Shown: positions 27,455 to 36,796 of the stretch, piece by piece
Layout of the letters: the number at the start of each line of letters is the position of its first letter
How positions within the stretch are numbered: position 1 is the stretch's first letter
Assembly (NCBI GenBank): GCA_026983875.1
Contig: JALSTG010000089.1
Coordinates: forward strand, 1-55,019
Length of the DNA: 55,019 nt
Origin: Campylobacteraceae bacterium
GTDB lineage: Bacteria; Campylobacterota; Campylobacteria; Campylobacterales; Sulfurovaceae
Direction of reading: 5' to 3'
The notes under the pieces: generated by a model
Told to the model about the DNA's origin: nothing
Database searches by the model: none
Seen by the model: the letters and a program-made list of their open reading frames with translations, nothing else
Made by a program: the position numbers and the translations under genes

Positions 27455-28675
27455 TTACTCCTCGTCTTTTTTGCCTGCTGTTGCGCTGATCGCCGCATGC
27501 ACGGCGATGCCGATGCCCGCTGCGGTCAAGAGCCCGAGACCGAACTGATCGACGCTCTTCTCTACGCCGCCGGTGGGCGCTTTGAACTCCGTATCGGCCA
27601 TGGGGCGCTCTTGAGCATACTTGTCCCAGAATTGGGGCTCGGAGCAGCCGATACAGCCGTGGCCGGCGCCGATAGGCCAGTTGGTGCCGCTGTTGTAGCG
27701 GACGATGGAGCAGTTGTTGAAGGTCATGGGGCCTTTGCAGCCCATCTTGTAGAGACACCAGTTGTTCTGGGCCCCCTCGTCGCCCCACTCTTCGACGAAC
27801 TCGCCCGCATCGAAGTGCGCCCGGCGCTCGCAGTTGTCGTGGATGCGGTATCCGAAGGCGAACTTGGGCCGGTTGAGATGGTCCAGCTCCGGGATCTGAC
27901 CCGTCAGGACAAAATGGAGGATCGTTCCGGTGATGTTGGCCGGGTTGGCGGGGCAGGCGGGGATGTTGATGATGGGCTTGCCCTTGACGATATCCTGTAC
28001 GCCCACGGCCCCCGTGGGGTTGGGTGCCGCGGCGGGAACTCCGCCGAAGGTGGCGCAGGTTCCCACGGCGACCACTGCGGCAGCGCTGCCGGCGACGCGC
28101 TGAAGATGCTCTTCGAAAGTCTCGCCCTTGGCACCGATGGTACACCACTCTTTGCCCGCACCGACGGGGACGGAGCCTTCGACGACGCAGAGGTATTTAC
28201 CCTTGAAGGTCTCCATCGCTTCGTCCAGATGGGATTCGGCCTGGTGTCCCGCCGCCGCCATCAAGGTTTCGTTGAACTCCAGGTCGATGGTCTCCAGGAT
28301 CAGTTCGTCGATGGTCGGGGCATCGGATCGCAGGATCGCCTCGGAGTTGCCCGCGCAGTCTTGCAGCTCGATCCAGATCACGGGGACCCGGTTCATCAGC
28401 TCCGCCGCCTCCGCCACCAACGGGGTGAAGGGTGCGGGAAGCATCAGCATCGCCGTAATGGCGCTGGCCCATTTCATGAAATCCCTCCGGCTCAGCCCTT
28501 CGGCCTCCAAAACCTTGTGGATATCCATCTTCGTCGCCGCCGGAGCGTTGCGCAGCTCCGAGAGGCGACGCTCCATCGTCTCTCTCAAGCGCTTGTAGTA
28601 GGCCTCACCCCGATTGGTGTCGACCCGGACCCCTTTGGCGCTGAACATCTTCGCCAATGCATCCCGTCTGTCCAT
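27455..28675 (-). CDS. hydA: Uptake [NiFe]-hydrogenase small subunit with Tat signal and C-terminal anchor
   Basis: SRRDFMK Tat motif, QDCAGNSE, HDNCERR, GCIGCSE, C-terminal TM helix; GGAGGT SD. Confidence 0.97.
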   Translation of the reverse strand: MDRRDALAKMFSAKGVRVDTNRGEAYYKRLRETMERRLSELRNAPAATKMDIHKVLEAEGLSRRDFMKWASAITAMLMLPAPFTPLVAEAAELMNRVPVIWIELQDCAGNSEAILRSDAPTIDELILETIDLEFNETLMAAAGHQAESHLDEAMETFKGKYLCVVEGSVPVGAGKEWCTIGAKGETFEEHLQRVAGSAAAVVAVGTCATFGGVPAAAPNPTGAVGVQDIVKGKPIINIPACPANPANITGTILHFVLTGQIPELDHLNRPKFAFGYRIHDNCERRAHFDAGEFVEEWGDEGAQNNWCLYKMGCKGPMTFNNCSIVRYNSGTNWPIGAGHGCIGCSEPQFWDKYAQERPMADTEFKAPTGGVEKSVDQFGLGLLTAAGIGIAVHAAISATAGKKDEE

Positions 28676-28690
28676 GATTCACCTCCAAAA

Positions 28691-28704
28691 TGAATAGTCA
28701 TTCA
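28691..28704. promoter_or_regulatory. Palindromic operator candidate TGAATAGTCATTCA (copy 2), between the minus-strand -10-like TAAACT (28706-28711) and the hydA SD
   Basis: Exact reverse complement of 17718-17731. Confidence 0.75.
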
Positions 28705-28840
28705 TAGTTTAGCGGCCCGATGCTTGACGAAACAAGAGATTTTGGAACTTTTTGCTTAAAATTTTGTAAAAAAAATTTTTTCTGCCATCGTTTTCGGACC
28801 TAAATGCGCACCTGAAGGCAAAGAGATACTTTCGTGGGAG

Positions 28841-30106
28841 TCAGTGGGTCGTGCAGACGCTGCAAACGTCGAAGGATTTGAAGATCAGCTCGGCCTGATC
28901 GTCGCGATGCAATCCGATCAGGGCCTTCTGGGCGACGCCGGGGCGATCGGCGGGTCCGCTGCCCAGGTTCCACTGAGTGGGAGTGACGATGCGATACTCC
29001 GCGATCTTGCCTTCTCGAACTTCGACGGTGTGGATCAGGGAGCCCCGGGCCGCTTCGACGATGCCCGTGCCTTGGGCTTGGGCAGGTAGAGGCCCCGGAT
29101 CGATCCAGGCGGGTGCATCCATATCCAGGTCGCGGGTCAATTGCATCGCATACTGCAAAAGGTGAGGGATTTCGCAAACCCTTGCCATGATCCGCGTCGG
29201 CAACGAATCTCCCCAGCGGCGATGGGCTTCGCGAATCAGCGGTGTTTTACGCAGCATGGCCCGTGCCAGGGGGCCTGTTTCGTAGACCTTGCCCCGATAA
29301 AGAACGTGGAGGGCCAGGGAGCCTTCGACGGGCTCTTCGCGCAGATGGCGCAAATCCAAGGAATGGGTGATCCGCGTCGCCAAAGATTTTCCGGAAACGA
29401 AGAGCCCGTTGCTTCCGAAGGCGATAAAGCGGTCGTGGCTGCATCCCAGACGCTCCCAACCCCGATCGAGGATCTCTCGAAGGATGCGCGGGAAATCCCC
29501 TTCCTTTCGCTGAAGCTCTTCGATCCGGTCGCAGCGGAGGAAGGCTTGCATCTGCACATCGGCAATCTCCCGGCGGAAGATCTCCCACAGCCGCTCCAGC
29601 CGATCCGCAACGCCCAGACGTTCCAACGGCGTGATCTCTCCGACGATGCCTCCGGGTATGGCGTAGGAGTTGTGGGGATACTGCCCCGCCAGCAGAGCGA
29701 TCGCCTCCGCCGCGATTCGTGAGGGTTCGACCGCCTTCATCGTCACCGATTCCCGGGGGAAAAGCAGCGGCCAGATCGTCAGATAAAGCCATTTGAAGTG
29801 GTTTTGCAGCAACTCCAGCGTCAGGGTCAGCTCCCGCACCGCCTCGGCTTTGGGCGAGATCCGAAGCTCGGGATAACACGCTTCCAGCGCCCGAACCGTG
29901 GCAATGAGGTGGGCATGACCGCAAATCCCGCAGACCCGGGGGGTGATCGCCAAGGCATCGAGAGGTGGACGGCCGGTGAGTATCGATTCGATCCCCCGTC
30001 CGCTGAGGAAGCGAATCTGAGCATCGACGGTCCGATCTCCCTCGTAGGTATAGGATACCTCCGCCTCCCCTTCGATCTTTTCGATCAACTCCACCCGCTT
30101 TCTCAC
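28841..30106 (-). CDS. Cytoplasmic group-2-type [NiFe]-hydrogenase large subunit (HupV/HupL-like, no C-terminal extension)
   Basis: GTG start overlapping the upstream stop; IEKIEGEA, PRVCGICGHAH, ends SFDVCSVCTTH*. Confidence 0.9.
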   Translation of the reverse strand: MRKRVELIEKIEGEAEVSYTYEGDRTVDAQIRFLSGRGIESILTGRPPLDALAITPRVCGICGHAHLIATVRALEACYPELRISPKAEAVRELTLTLELLQNHFKWLYLTIWPLLFPRESVTMKAVEPSRIAAEAIALLAGQYPHNSYAIPGGIVGEITPLERLGVADRLERLWEIFRREIADVQMQAFLRCDRIEELQRKEGDFPRILREILDRGWERLGCSHDRFIAFGSNGLFVSGKSLATRITHSLDLRHLREEPVEGSLALHVLYRGKVYETGPLARAMLRKTPLIREAHRRWGDSLPTRIMARVCEIPHLLQYAMQLTRDLDMDAPAWIDPGPLPAQAQGTGIVEAARGSLIHTVEVREGKIAEYRIVTPTQWNLGSGPADRPGVAQKALIGLHRDDQAELIFKSFDVCSVCTTH

Positions 30107-31014
30107 TCCTGCTCCTTCATCGGGTCGTAACGCTCGACGGGATCGAGAATCGGCCGACGGAATCGTTCGATATGAAAAGCCTTGGCGACCCCGGCAAGAC
30201 TCAGATAGGCCCGCTTGGGGATGCCGGCGGGCAAGCGTGCTGGTATTCCCATGTGTTTGCGGGTCTCCCAGAGTCCCGTCGTGGGGAAATCGGGCTCGGT
30301 ACATCCCATGCAGGGTTGGCCGATGCGGGTTTTGGAGTTCACGTTGTTCCAGAGGATGCGGTTGCAACTGCCGTGGGTGTAGGTCCCCTGGCAGCCGTGC
30401 TCGTAAAACATGCACCCCTCCATCTCTCCGAAGCGGTGTTCGTCGATCTTGTATTCGAAATATTCGTTGCGAGTGCAGCCGTTGTGAACGGTCGTGCCGT
30501 AGAAGAGCAGAGGACGGCGGTAGACATCCAGATCCAGAGGAGTCTCTTGGGCGAGCATCTCCAGGGTGGAAGCGAGAATCTCGGGCTGCACGGGACAGCC
30601 CGGCAGGGAGATGCTCTTCTCCCAGAGCGCATCATAAGCATCCCGACGCTCCCCACGGCGAAAGTGCAATCCCGAGCGCCCTTCGCCGCCCTCGAGAAAG
30701 ATGCCCCCAAACGTCGCGCAGCTGCCTACCGTCACGACCGCCCGGGCGGCGGGGGCGAAGATCTCGATCCACTCCGTAAGATCCTTGCCCGCTTTTGAAA
30801 AGTTGGAATCCAGGGTCCCTTCCAAAATCAAGATGTCGCATTCAGGCTGCTGAGCAAGCAGCTCCCCAAGAGAAAAACGCGACGGCAGCAGCGGATGGTA
30901 GAGCCACTCGAAACGGTGCTGCCAATGCTCCAAATCCGGGTAGTTGAGCAGGGCGTGGGCATTGCCGTTGCACGTCAGTGCCGAGAGCCAGAGCAGACGA
31001 ACGGGAGAGTTCAC
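30103..31014 (-). CDS. Cytoplasmic group-2-type [NiFe]-hydrogenase small subunit (no Tat signal)
   Basis: GTG start overlapping the TetR stop; LLWLSALTCNGN, GSCATFGG, PGCP, HNGCTRNEYF, CMGCTEPDFP. Confidence 0.9.
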   Translation of the reverse strand: MNSPVRLLWLSALTCNGNAHALLNYPDLEHWQHRFEWLYHPLLPSRFSLGELLAQQPECDILILEGTLDSNFSKAGKDLTEWIEIFAPAARAVVTVGSCATFGGIFLEGGEGRSGLHFRRGERRDAYDALWEKSISLPGCPVQPEILASTLEMLAQETPLDLDVYRRPLLFYGTTVHNGCTRNEYFEYKIDEHRFGEMEGCMFYEHGCQGTYTHGSCNRILWNNVNSKTRIGQPCMGCTEPDFPTTGLWETRKHMGIPARLPAGIPKRAYLSLAGVAKAFHIERFRRPILDPVERYDPMKEQE

Positions 31015-31625
31015 GAAGCCTCCGGCGTCTTGAGGGCCCGGTAGATATTTTCCGAGACTTCGTCTACGTATTCGGGCAGAGGCTTGGGAAGCATCTGTTC
31101 GCCTCCGAGAAAGACCATGCCGCCCAAGTAGCCCATAAAAAGGCCAAAGGCGCTGAAGAACTCCTGATTGCGCAGATCGCCCCGGGCGACGCCTTCGTCG
31201 AAGAAGATCATGATTTCGGTGACGAATTCGTTGACGCAGACCATCCCTTCGCATCCTTCGCGAAAGACTTCACGATTGCTCAGGTAGATACGCAGGAAAA
31301 AGTCGATCATCTCCGGCTCTCGCAGCGCCGTTTCAAAGTAAAGGCCCACGATACTGCGAATCTTTTCTCTCGTCGGAAGATCGCTCTCGTTGACATAGCG
31401 GATACGCCTCCCCAGATACGAAGAGACCGAACGCAGGATCTCTTGGGCCAGCAACTCCTTGGAGCGGAAATAGTTGTAGAGATTTCCGGCACTCATTCCC
31501 AAGGATCGGGCAATATCCGGTATAGTCGTAGTATAAAATCCCTTTCGGGCAAAAAGCTTCAACGCTCCGGCGATGATCTGCTGCCTGCGTTGCTCTTTTT
31601 TCGAAGGTTGTTCCTCTTCTCTCAT
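31011..31625 (-). CDS. TetR/AcrR family transcriptional regulator
   Basis: ALKLFARKGFYTTTIPDIARSLGMSAGNLYNYFRSKELL HTH. Confidence 0.96.
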   Translation of the reverse strand: MREEEQPSKKEQRRQQIIAGALKLFARKGFYTTTIPDIARSLGMSAGNLYNYFRSKELLAQEILRSVSSYLGRRIRYVNESDLPTREKIRSIVGLYFETALREPEMIDFFLRIYLSNREVFREGCEGMVCVNEFVTEIMIFFDEGVARGDLRNQEFFSAFGLFMGYLGGMVFLGGEQMLPKPLPEYVDEVSENIYRALKTPEAS

Positions 31626-31680
31626 CACCTCAACGCTACCTTAATCTTTGCAAATCCCAGGGCCACAATGTATCGCCCTG

Positions 31681-32361
31681 CTAAAAGACATCTTTTTCCA
31701 CCGTGATGTTCCGCTCCGCCGGTCCCTCCGGCATCTGAGGTTTGACAGGAACCATCTTCTTGATGTAGGCCTTGATATAACCTGGAGTTTTATCGTTGAC
31801 CCGATAACCTGCTTTGACCAGATCGTAATAGACAAAGGGGAGATAGTGCTCCCGTGTCACCACCACCCGGGTCTTGTGGGTCGCCCATTTAAACATAGTA
31901 TCGGCCCCCTTTTTGCCAACATGGATACAGCCGTGGCTCATGGCGTTGGTGTTGCCCATATGCAGGGCGTGGCCCTGGTTGGTAAAAAAGAGGGAGAAGT
32001 CCATATTGTTGATCCCTCGGGGATCGGGATGGGACTTGGACATATAGTAGCGCTCCTTACGAATCACCGGAAAGATCCCCGAGGGGGTCTCGTGCCCCTT
32101 GGCACCGGAGGAGATCGAAGCCGCCCACCAGACCACCCCGTCTCGATCAACGGCATAGGCCAGTCCGTCGGCCCCCTTTTCCCTCAAAGAGACCACGATA
32201 AAATCCTTACCTTTGAGATCGACGACCTTCTCTTTCCCCGATTTGTCGACGACGGCGAAACGTGTTTTACTCAGGGGGAAGACACGACTGGCGGAGTCGG
32301 CAGCGACCGCTATGACGCTGAGTATAACCGACAACCATACCATGCTCCAAATCTTTTGCAT
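31681..32361 (-). CDS. L,D-transpeptidase (YkuD family)
   Basis: Signal peptide; ISSG...ETPSG; HALHMG...SHGCIHV catalytic motif. Confidence 0.9.
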   Translation of the reverse strand: MQKIWSMVWLSVILSVIAVAADSASRVFPLSKTRFAVVDKSGKEKVVDLKGKDFIVVSLREKGADGLAYAVDRDGVVWWAASISSGAKGHETPSGIFPVIRKERYYMSKSHPDPRGINNMDFSLFFTNQGHALHMGNTNAMSHGCIHVGKKGADTMFKWATHKTRVVVTREHYLPFVYYDLVKAGYRVNDKTPGYIKAYIKKMVPVKPQMPEGPAERNITVEKDVF

Positions 32362-32480
32362 ATTTCCACCTTTTTTAAATCTGTTTTTATTCTTGATTAT
32401 ACCTCTTCAATCCTTTTGCCCTTCAGGTTCTGTTACAATCTGCTCTATAAAATATTTCGCTAATCAATTAGGAGTGATGG

Positions 32481-32729
32481 ATGGGAAAACAAATCAAAAT
32501 TCTCATGCTGGGAAGTTTCTTGGTTTTGGGGCTCGGCGGCTGTATGGGGATCGGTTCTACCCCCGTTCCCGCCGCTCCGGTCAACAACGACCCCAATTTC
32601 CGAACCGGCTACCAAGACGGCTGCACCACCGCCCACGGAGAGTACAAGAAAGACAGCAAACTCTTCAATGCCGACAAGAACTACTATGACGGCTGGTTCG
32701 CCGGCCGGAGTGCTTGCCAGCCCAAATAG
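32481..32729 (+). CDS. Small lipoprotein
   Basis: Lipobox LGGC; GYQDGC...YYDGWFAG...C; AGGAG SD. Confidence 0.8.
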   Translation: MGKQIKILMLGSFLVLGLGGCMGIGSTPVPAAPVNNDPNFRTGYQDGCTTAHGEYKKDSKLFNADKNYYDGWFAGRSACQPK

Positions 32730-32744
32730 ACCTCAACGGTCGGA

Positions 32745-35120
32745 TCACTGGCAGCCGACGCACTCCATGCTGCGATCTTCGACGCCGTCTTCGGCGGCAA
32801 CAGCTTCGGGAGACTGACTGCGAAGATAGTAGGTGGACTTGAGTCCAAATTTCCACGCTTCCATGTAGATATCGTTGAGATAGCGGCCGCTGGCCTTGTC
32901 GAGACTGATAAAGATATTGAGGCTCTGGCCCTGATCGATCCACTTCTGGCGCACGGCACCGGTACGGATCAGCAGACGCTGGTCCAGCTCGTAACTGGGC
33001 GTATAGTAGGGCCAGGTATCGGGGTTGAGGTTGGGAACGACGACGGGAATCATCCCTGAGAGGTTCTCTTCGTACCATTTGCGCTTGTAGACCGGCTCGA
33101 TTGCCTGGGTCGTTCCGGTCAGGATGGAGATCGAGCTCGTCGGAGCGATCGCCATCAGATAGCCGTTGCGCATGCCGTCCTTTTTGACCTTCTCTTTGAG
33201 AGCGGCCCAGTCGTGGGTGTAGCCGAAGAGCCCTCCCCTATCAACCAGTTTACAGGCTTCAGGATTGGCCTTGTCAACGGGGAAGATCCCTTTGGACCAA
33301 TCGGAGCCTTCGAAATTGGGATAACAACCCTTCTCCAAGGCCAGGTCGCTGGAGGCCTTGATCGCATAGTAGCTGATCGACTCCATCACTTCGTCGATCT
33401 TGTTAAAATGATTACTGCTGCCCCATTCGATGCCCGCTTCCGCCAGCATCTGCGCTTCTCCCATTACACCCAGGCCGATGGATCGGCTTTTGAGATTGGT
33501 CTTTTTGACCTTGGAGAGGGGGTAGAAGTTCAGATCGATCACATTGTCAAGCATCCGAATGGCCGTGGGAACGACGCGGGCAATATCTTCGGGCGTGTTG
33601 ATCTTGGAGAGGTTGACGGAGGCGAGGTTGCACACCGCTGTCTCTCCGTCGACCGCTTCCTTCTCCACCATCCAAATCTGGCGTCCGTTCAGGCTGTCAA
33701 GGGCAGTGATCTTCTTGGCAGGCTTTGTCATTCCGTTGTCAACCGTGACCATCTCCTCCTCTTCGAAATAGTGCACGCTCTGATCTTCGAAAATCACCTT
33801 GATTCGGTAGTGATTGGGGGAGGTGTTCTGGAAAATCTCCGTACAAAGGTTGGAGCTGCGAATCACTCCGGCATGACGGTTGGGATTGGCACGGTTGGCA
33901 GCGTCCTTGAAGCAGAGAAAGGGGTTGCCGGTTTCGAAATAACTGCGGAGCACCTCTTTCCACAGCTGTTTGGCAGAGATGATTTCCTTGGTAATTCCTT
34001 CGGTCTTCTCCAGCTCAAGGTAGCGCTTCTCAAACTCTTCTCCGTAAAGTTCCGTCAAATCCTTGACTTCGTAGGGATCGAAGAGGGTCCAGGTACCGTC
34101 CTCGGAAACCCGTTTCATAAAGAGATCATTGATCCAGAGTGCGGGAAAGAGATCGTGAGCCCTGCGGCGCTCTTCTCCGGAATTCTTCTTCAGGTCCAGA
34201 AAATCGCGTATGTCGATGTGCCAGGGCTCGATGTAGACCGCAATGGCTCCTTTGCGGGTCCCCAGCTGATCGACGGCGATGGCCACGTCGTTGGCGATCT
34301 TGAGAAAAGGGACAATCCCCCCTGCTGCATGCTTGTGTCCGTCGATGTAGGATCCCATTCCCCGCACCTGGGTCCAGTCCCAACCGATACCGCCGCCAAA
34401 TTTCGAAAGCAGCGCCATCTCCTTGTAGCCGTCGAAGATCCCTTCGATATTGTCCGGTGTCGAGCCGATGTAACAGGAGCTGAGCTGGTGACGAGGCGTG
34501 CGGGCATTCGAAAGCGTCGGCGTGGCTGCCATCACTTCAAACTTGCTCAAAATGTCGTAGAATTTTTTGGCCCACCCCTGACAATCCAACTCGTTCTGCG
34601 CCAAAAACATCGCCACCGCCATAAAGAGATGCTGCGGCAGCTCGATGGGTTGGCCTTCTCTATCTTTGATCAGATATCGGTCATAGAGAGTCCGGATCCC
34701 AAGATAGGTAAACTGCAAATCCCGCTCCGGCCTGATATAGTCATTGAGATCATCCAGGTCATATTTTTCCTTCAGCCCCAGGAGAATACGTCCCTCCTGT
34801 TCCCCTCGCTCGAAATACTCCCGCAGATGGTTATAGCCGGTAAAACCCGAAACTTTGTGATAGAGATCGTAAAGGAAAAGTCTGGCGGCCACGAAAGTCC
34901 AGTTAGGACGGTCGATATCGATTTTGTCCACGGCGGTTTTGATCAACTGCGCCTGAATATCCTCAGTCTTCATCATGTCCTGGAAGTGCAGTTGCGCATC
35001 CACCTCCAGCTCGCTCTGACTGACGCCTTCAAGGCCTTTGACCGCGGCGGAAGTGTACTTCTGGATCTTGCTGACATCGAGAGTCTCTACCCTGCCGTTT
35101 CGCTTGACCACTCTAATCAT
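32745..35120 (-). CDS. nrdA: Class Ia ribonucleotide reductase alpha subunit with ATP cone
   Basis: VVKRNG ATP cone, TPTLSN, SSC, SNLCTE, AIAPTSS, KSTYY, C-terminal CVGC; ATG 35120 with AGGAG SD. Confidence 0.97.
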   Translation of the reverse strand: MIRVVKRNGRVETLDVSKIQKYTSAAVKGLEGVSQSELEVDAQLHFQDMMKTEDIQAQLIKTAVDKIDIDRPNWTFVAARLFLYDLYHKVSGFTGYNHLREYFERGEQEGRILLGLKEKYDLDDLNDYIRPERDLQFTYLGIRTLYDRYLIKDREGQPIELPQHLFMAVAMFLAQNELDCQGWAKKFYDILSKFEVMAATPTLSNARTPRHQLSSCYIGSTPDNIEGIFDGYKEMALLSKFGGGIGWDWTQVRGMGSYIDGHKHAAGGIVPFLKIANDVAIAVDQLGTRKGAIAVYIEPWHIDIRDFLDLKKNSGEERRRAHDLFPALWINDLFMKRVSEDGTWTLFDPYEVKDLTELYGEEFEKRYLELEKTEGITKEIISAKQLWKEVLRSYFETGNPFLCFKDAANRANPNRHAGVIRSSNLCTEIFQNTSPNHYRIKVIFEDQSVHYFEEEEMVTVDNGMTKPAKKITALDSLNGRQIWMVEKEAVDGETAVCNLASVNLSKINTPEDIARVVPTAIRMLDNVIDLNFYPLSKVKKTNLKSRSIGLGVMGEAQMLAEAGIEWGSSNHFNKIDEVMESISYYAIKASSDLALEKGCYPNFEGSDWSKGIFPVDKANPEACKLVDRGGLFGYTHDWAALKEKVKKDGMRNGYLMAIAPTSSISILTGTTQAIEPVYKRKWYEENLSGMIPVVVPNLNPDTWPYYTPSYELDQRLLIRTGAVRQKWIDQGQSLNIFISLDKASGRYLNDIYMEAWKFGLKSTYYLRSQSPEAVAAEDGVEDRSMECVGCQ

Positions 35121-35265
35121 TTTCGCTCCTGGATAAAAGAGATATTCCCACAGAAAATCCCATATTATGGAGATTTTAGAAGGACAAAAAGTCTGAAAAT
35201 TACTCGAGATTCCCTCAGGACTTTTATGAGTGATTTTACTCAAAGTTGCCTTGGGCTTTGGTGAG

Positions 35266-35288
35266 ATTTCTCCGTAAATCGGAGAAAT
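35266..35288. terminator. Inverted repeat downstream of purB
   Basis: ATTTCTCCG-TAAAT-CGGAGAAAT. Confidence 0.5.
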
Positions 35289-35335
35289 TTTGTATTAATT
35301 TATCTTATCTTGCTCTGGACGCCTCGAGGTATGAA

Positions 35336-36673
35336 TTACCCCTCCTCTCCAAAAACCCGTTTAAAAATTTTTTCCACATTTTTCGTATAATAATCGTAGT
35401 CGAAAGCTTCCCGGATCTGCTCTTCACTAAGCTTGCTGCGGAGCTCTTCGTCGGCCAGGAGATACTGGAGGAAAAGGCTTTCTCCCTTTTCGTTGACGGG
35501 GGGCTTGCCATACTGGAGAGCCTCCCAGACCTTCATAGCGTTTCTCTGAACAATTTTATAGGCCTCTTCGCGGCTGACTCCCGCCTTGGGAAGCTCCAGG
35601 AGGATCCGCTGACTGAAGACCAAACCCCCGGTTAGATTGAGGTTTTTGAGCATATTTTCGGGCATCACCGTCAGGTTAGCGATAACATTATTGAAACGAT
35701 GGAGCATAAAATCCGAGGTGATGAAACTGTCGGGCAGCCAGAAGCGTTCCGTAGAGCTATGGGAGATATCCCGCTCGTGCCATAAGGCAACGTTCTCCAT
35801 CGCCGGAATCACATAGGCGCGGATGATCCGGGCCAGACCGGTGATATTTTCGGTGAGAATGGGATTGCGTTTATGAGGCATAGCCGAGGAGCCCTTTTGC
35901 CCCTTGGCGAAGTACTCCTCAGCTTCGTAGACTTCAGTCCGCTGCCAGTGGCGCACCTGCACGGCAAACTTCTCGATGGAGCTCGCCAGAAGCGCTAGGG
36001 CGGAAGCCAAACGGGCGTAACGGTCCCGCTGAATCACCTGATTGGAGACAGGTGCGGGCTTGAGACCCAGCTCTTGACAGGCGATCTCCTCAAGCTCCAA
36101 AGGAGCATGGGCGAAATTGCCCATGGCTCCGCTGATCTGCCCAACGGCGATAATCTCCAGGGTCTGCTCCAGATTCTCCAGATGTCGGCGCAGCTCGTCG
36201 TACCAGACCGCCAGGACCAGACCAAAAGTGATCGGCTCGCCGTGGATCCCGTGGCTGCGTCCGACCATCAAGGTATATTTGTGCTCCATGGCGCGCTTTT
36301 TGACCGACTCCATGACCATCTTGACGTCTTCAATGATCAGTTCCAGAGAAGACTTCATCTGAAGCGCCACGGCAGTATCGACCGTATCGGAGCTGGTCAT
36401 ACCGTAGTGAAACCAGCGGCTCTCCTCCCCCAGGCTCTCGGCGACACTGGTAGTAAAAGCGATGAGATCATGCCGGGTTTCCGCTTCGATCTCGTCGATA
36501 CGCTCGACGTCGAAGCTGGCATTTTTTACAATCTTTTCCGCATCCGCGTCCGGGATCAGCCCCAGTTTGTTCCAGGCTTTGACCACCGCTTTCTCTACTT
36601 CAAGCCAGGCCGCATATCTGGCATGTTGGGTCCACTTCTCTTTCATCTCTTTTCGAGCATATCGTTCGACCAT
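35336..36673 (-). CDS. purB: Adenylosuccinate lyase
   Basis: MVERYAR start, HYGMTSSD, GRSHGIH, GSSAMPHKRNP. Confidence 0.97.
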   Translation of the reverse strand: MVERYARKEMKEKWTQHARYAAWLEVEKAVVKAWNKLGLIPDADAEKIVKNASFDVERIDEIEAETRHDLIAFTTSVAESLGEESRWFHYGMTSSDTVDTAVALQMKSSLELIIEDVKMVMESVKKRAMEHKYTLMVGRSHGIHGEPITFGLVLAVWYDELRRHLENLEQTLEIIAVGQISGAMGNFAHAPLELEEIACQELGLKPAPVSNQVIQRDRYARLASALALLASSIEKFAVQVRHWQRTEVYEAEEYFAKGQKGSSAMPHKRNPILTENITGLARIIRAYVIPAMENVALWHERDISHSSTERFWLPDSFITSDFMLHRFNNVIANLTVMPENMLKNLNLTGGLVFSQRILLELPKAGVSREEAYKIVQRNAMKVWEALQYGKPPVNEKGESLFLQYLLADEELRSKLSEEQIREAFDYDYYTKNVEKIFKRVFGEEG

Positions 36674-36796
36674 ACTTTTCCTTTGAAAGGGTTGCGACCT
36701 CTGCACCTTTGTCCCCGGTAGCAGTAGTAAAATTCTAGTCGGCAACCGAAGTTTTTTGGATAGTATTCTACTTAAATCCCGGTCAAGGAGTCCTGA

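Noticed and set aside
9945-30106. Selenocysteine recoding in the peroxiredoxin or the hydrogenases
   Set aside because: All catalytic positions are Cys codons; there is no in-frame TGA in these reading frames.
30107-31254. Extended N-termini given by the ORF track for the cytoplasmic hydrogenase subunits (likewise rplD, hypA, hypC, hydB, nrdA, purB)
   Set aside because: The extensions overlap upstream genes or non-coding DNA; family N-terminal motifs and coupled or SD-supported starts indicate the shorter CDSs.
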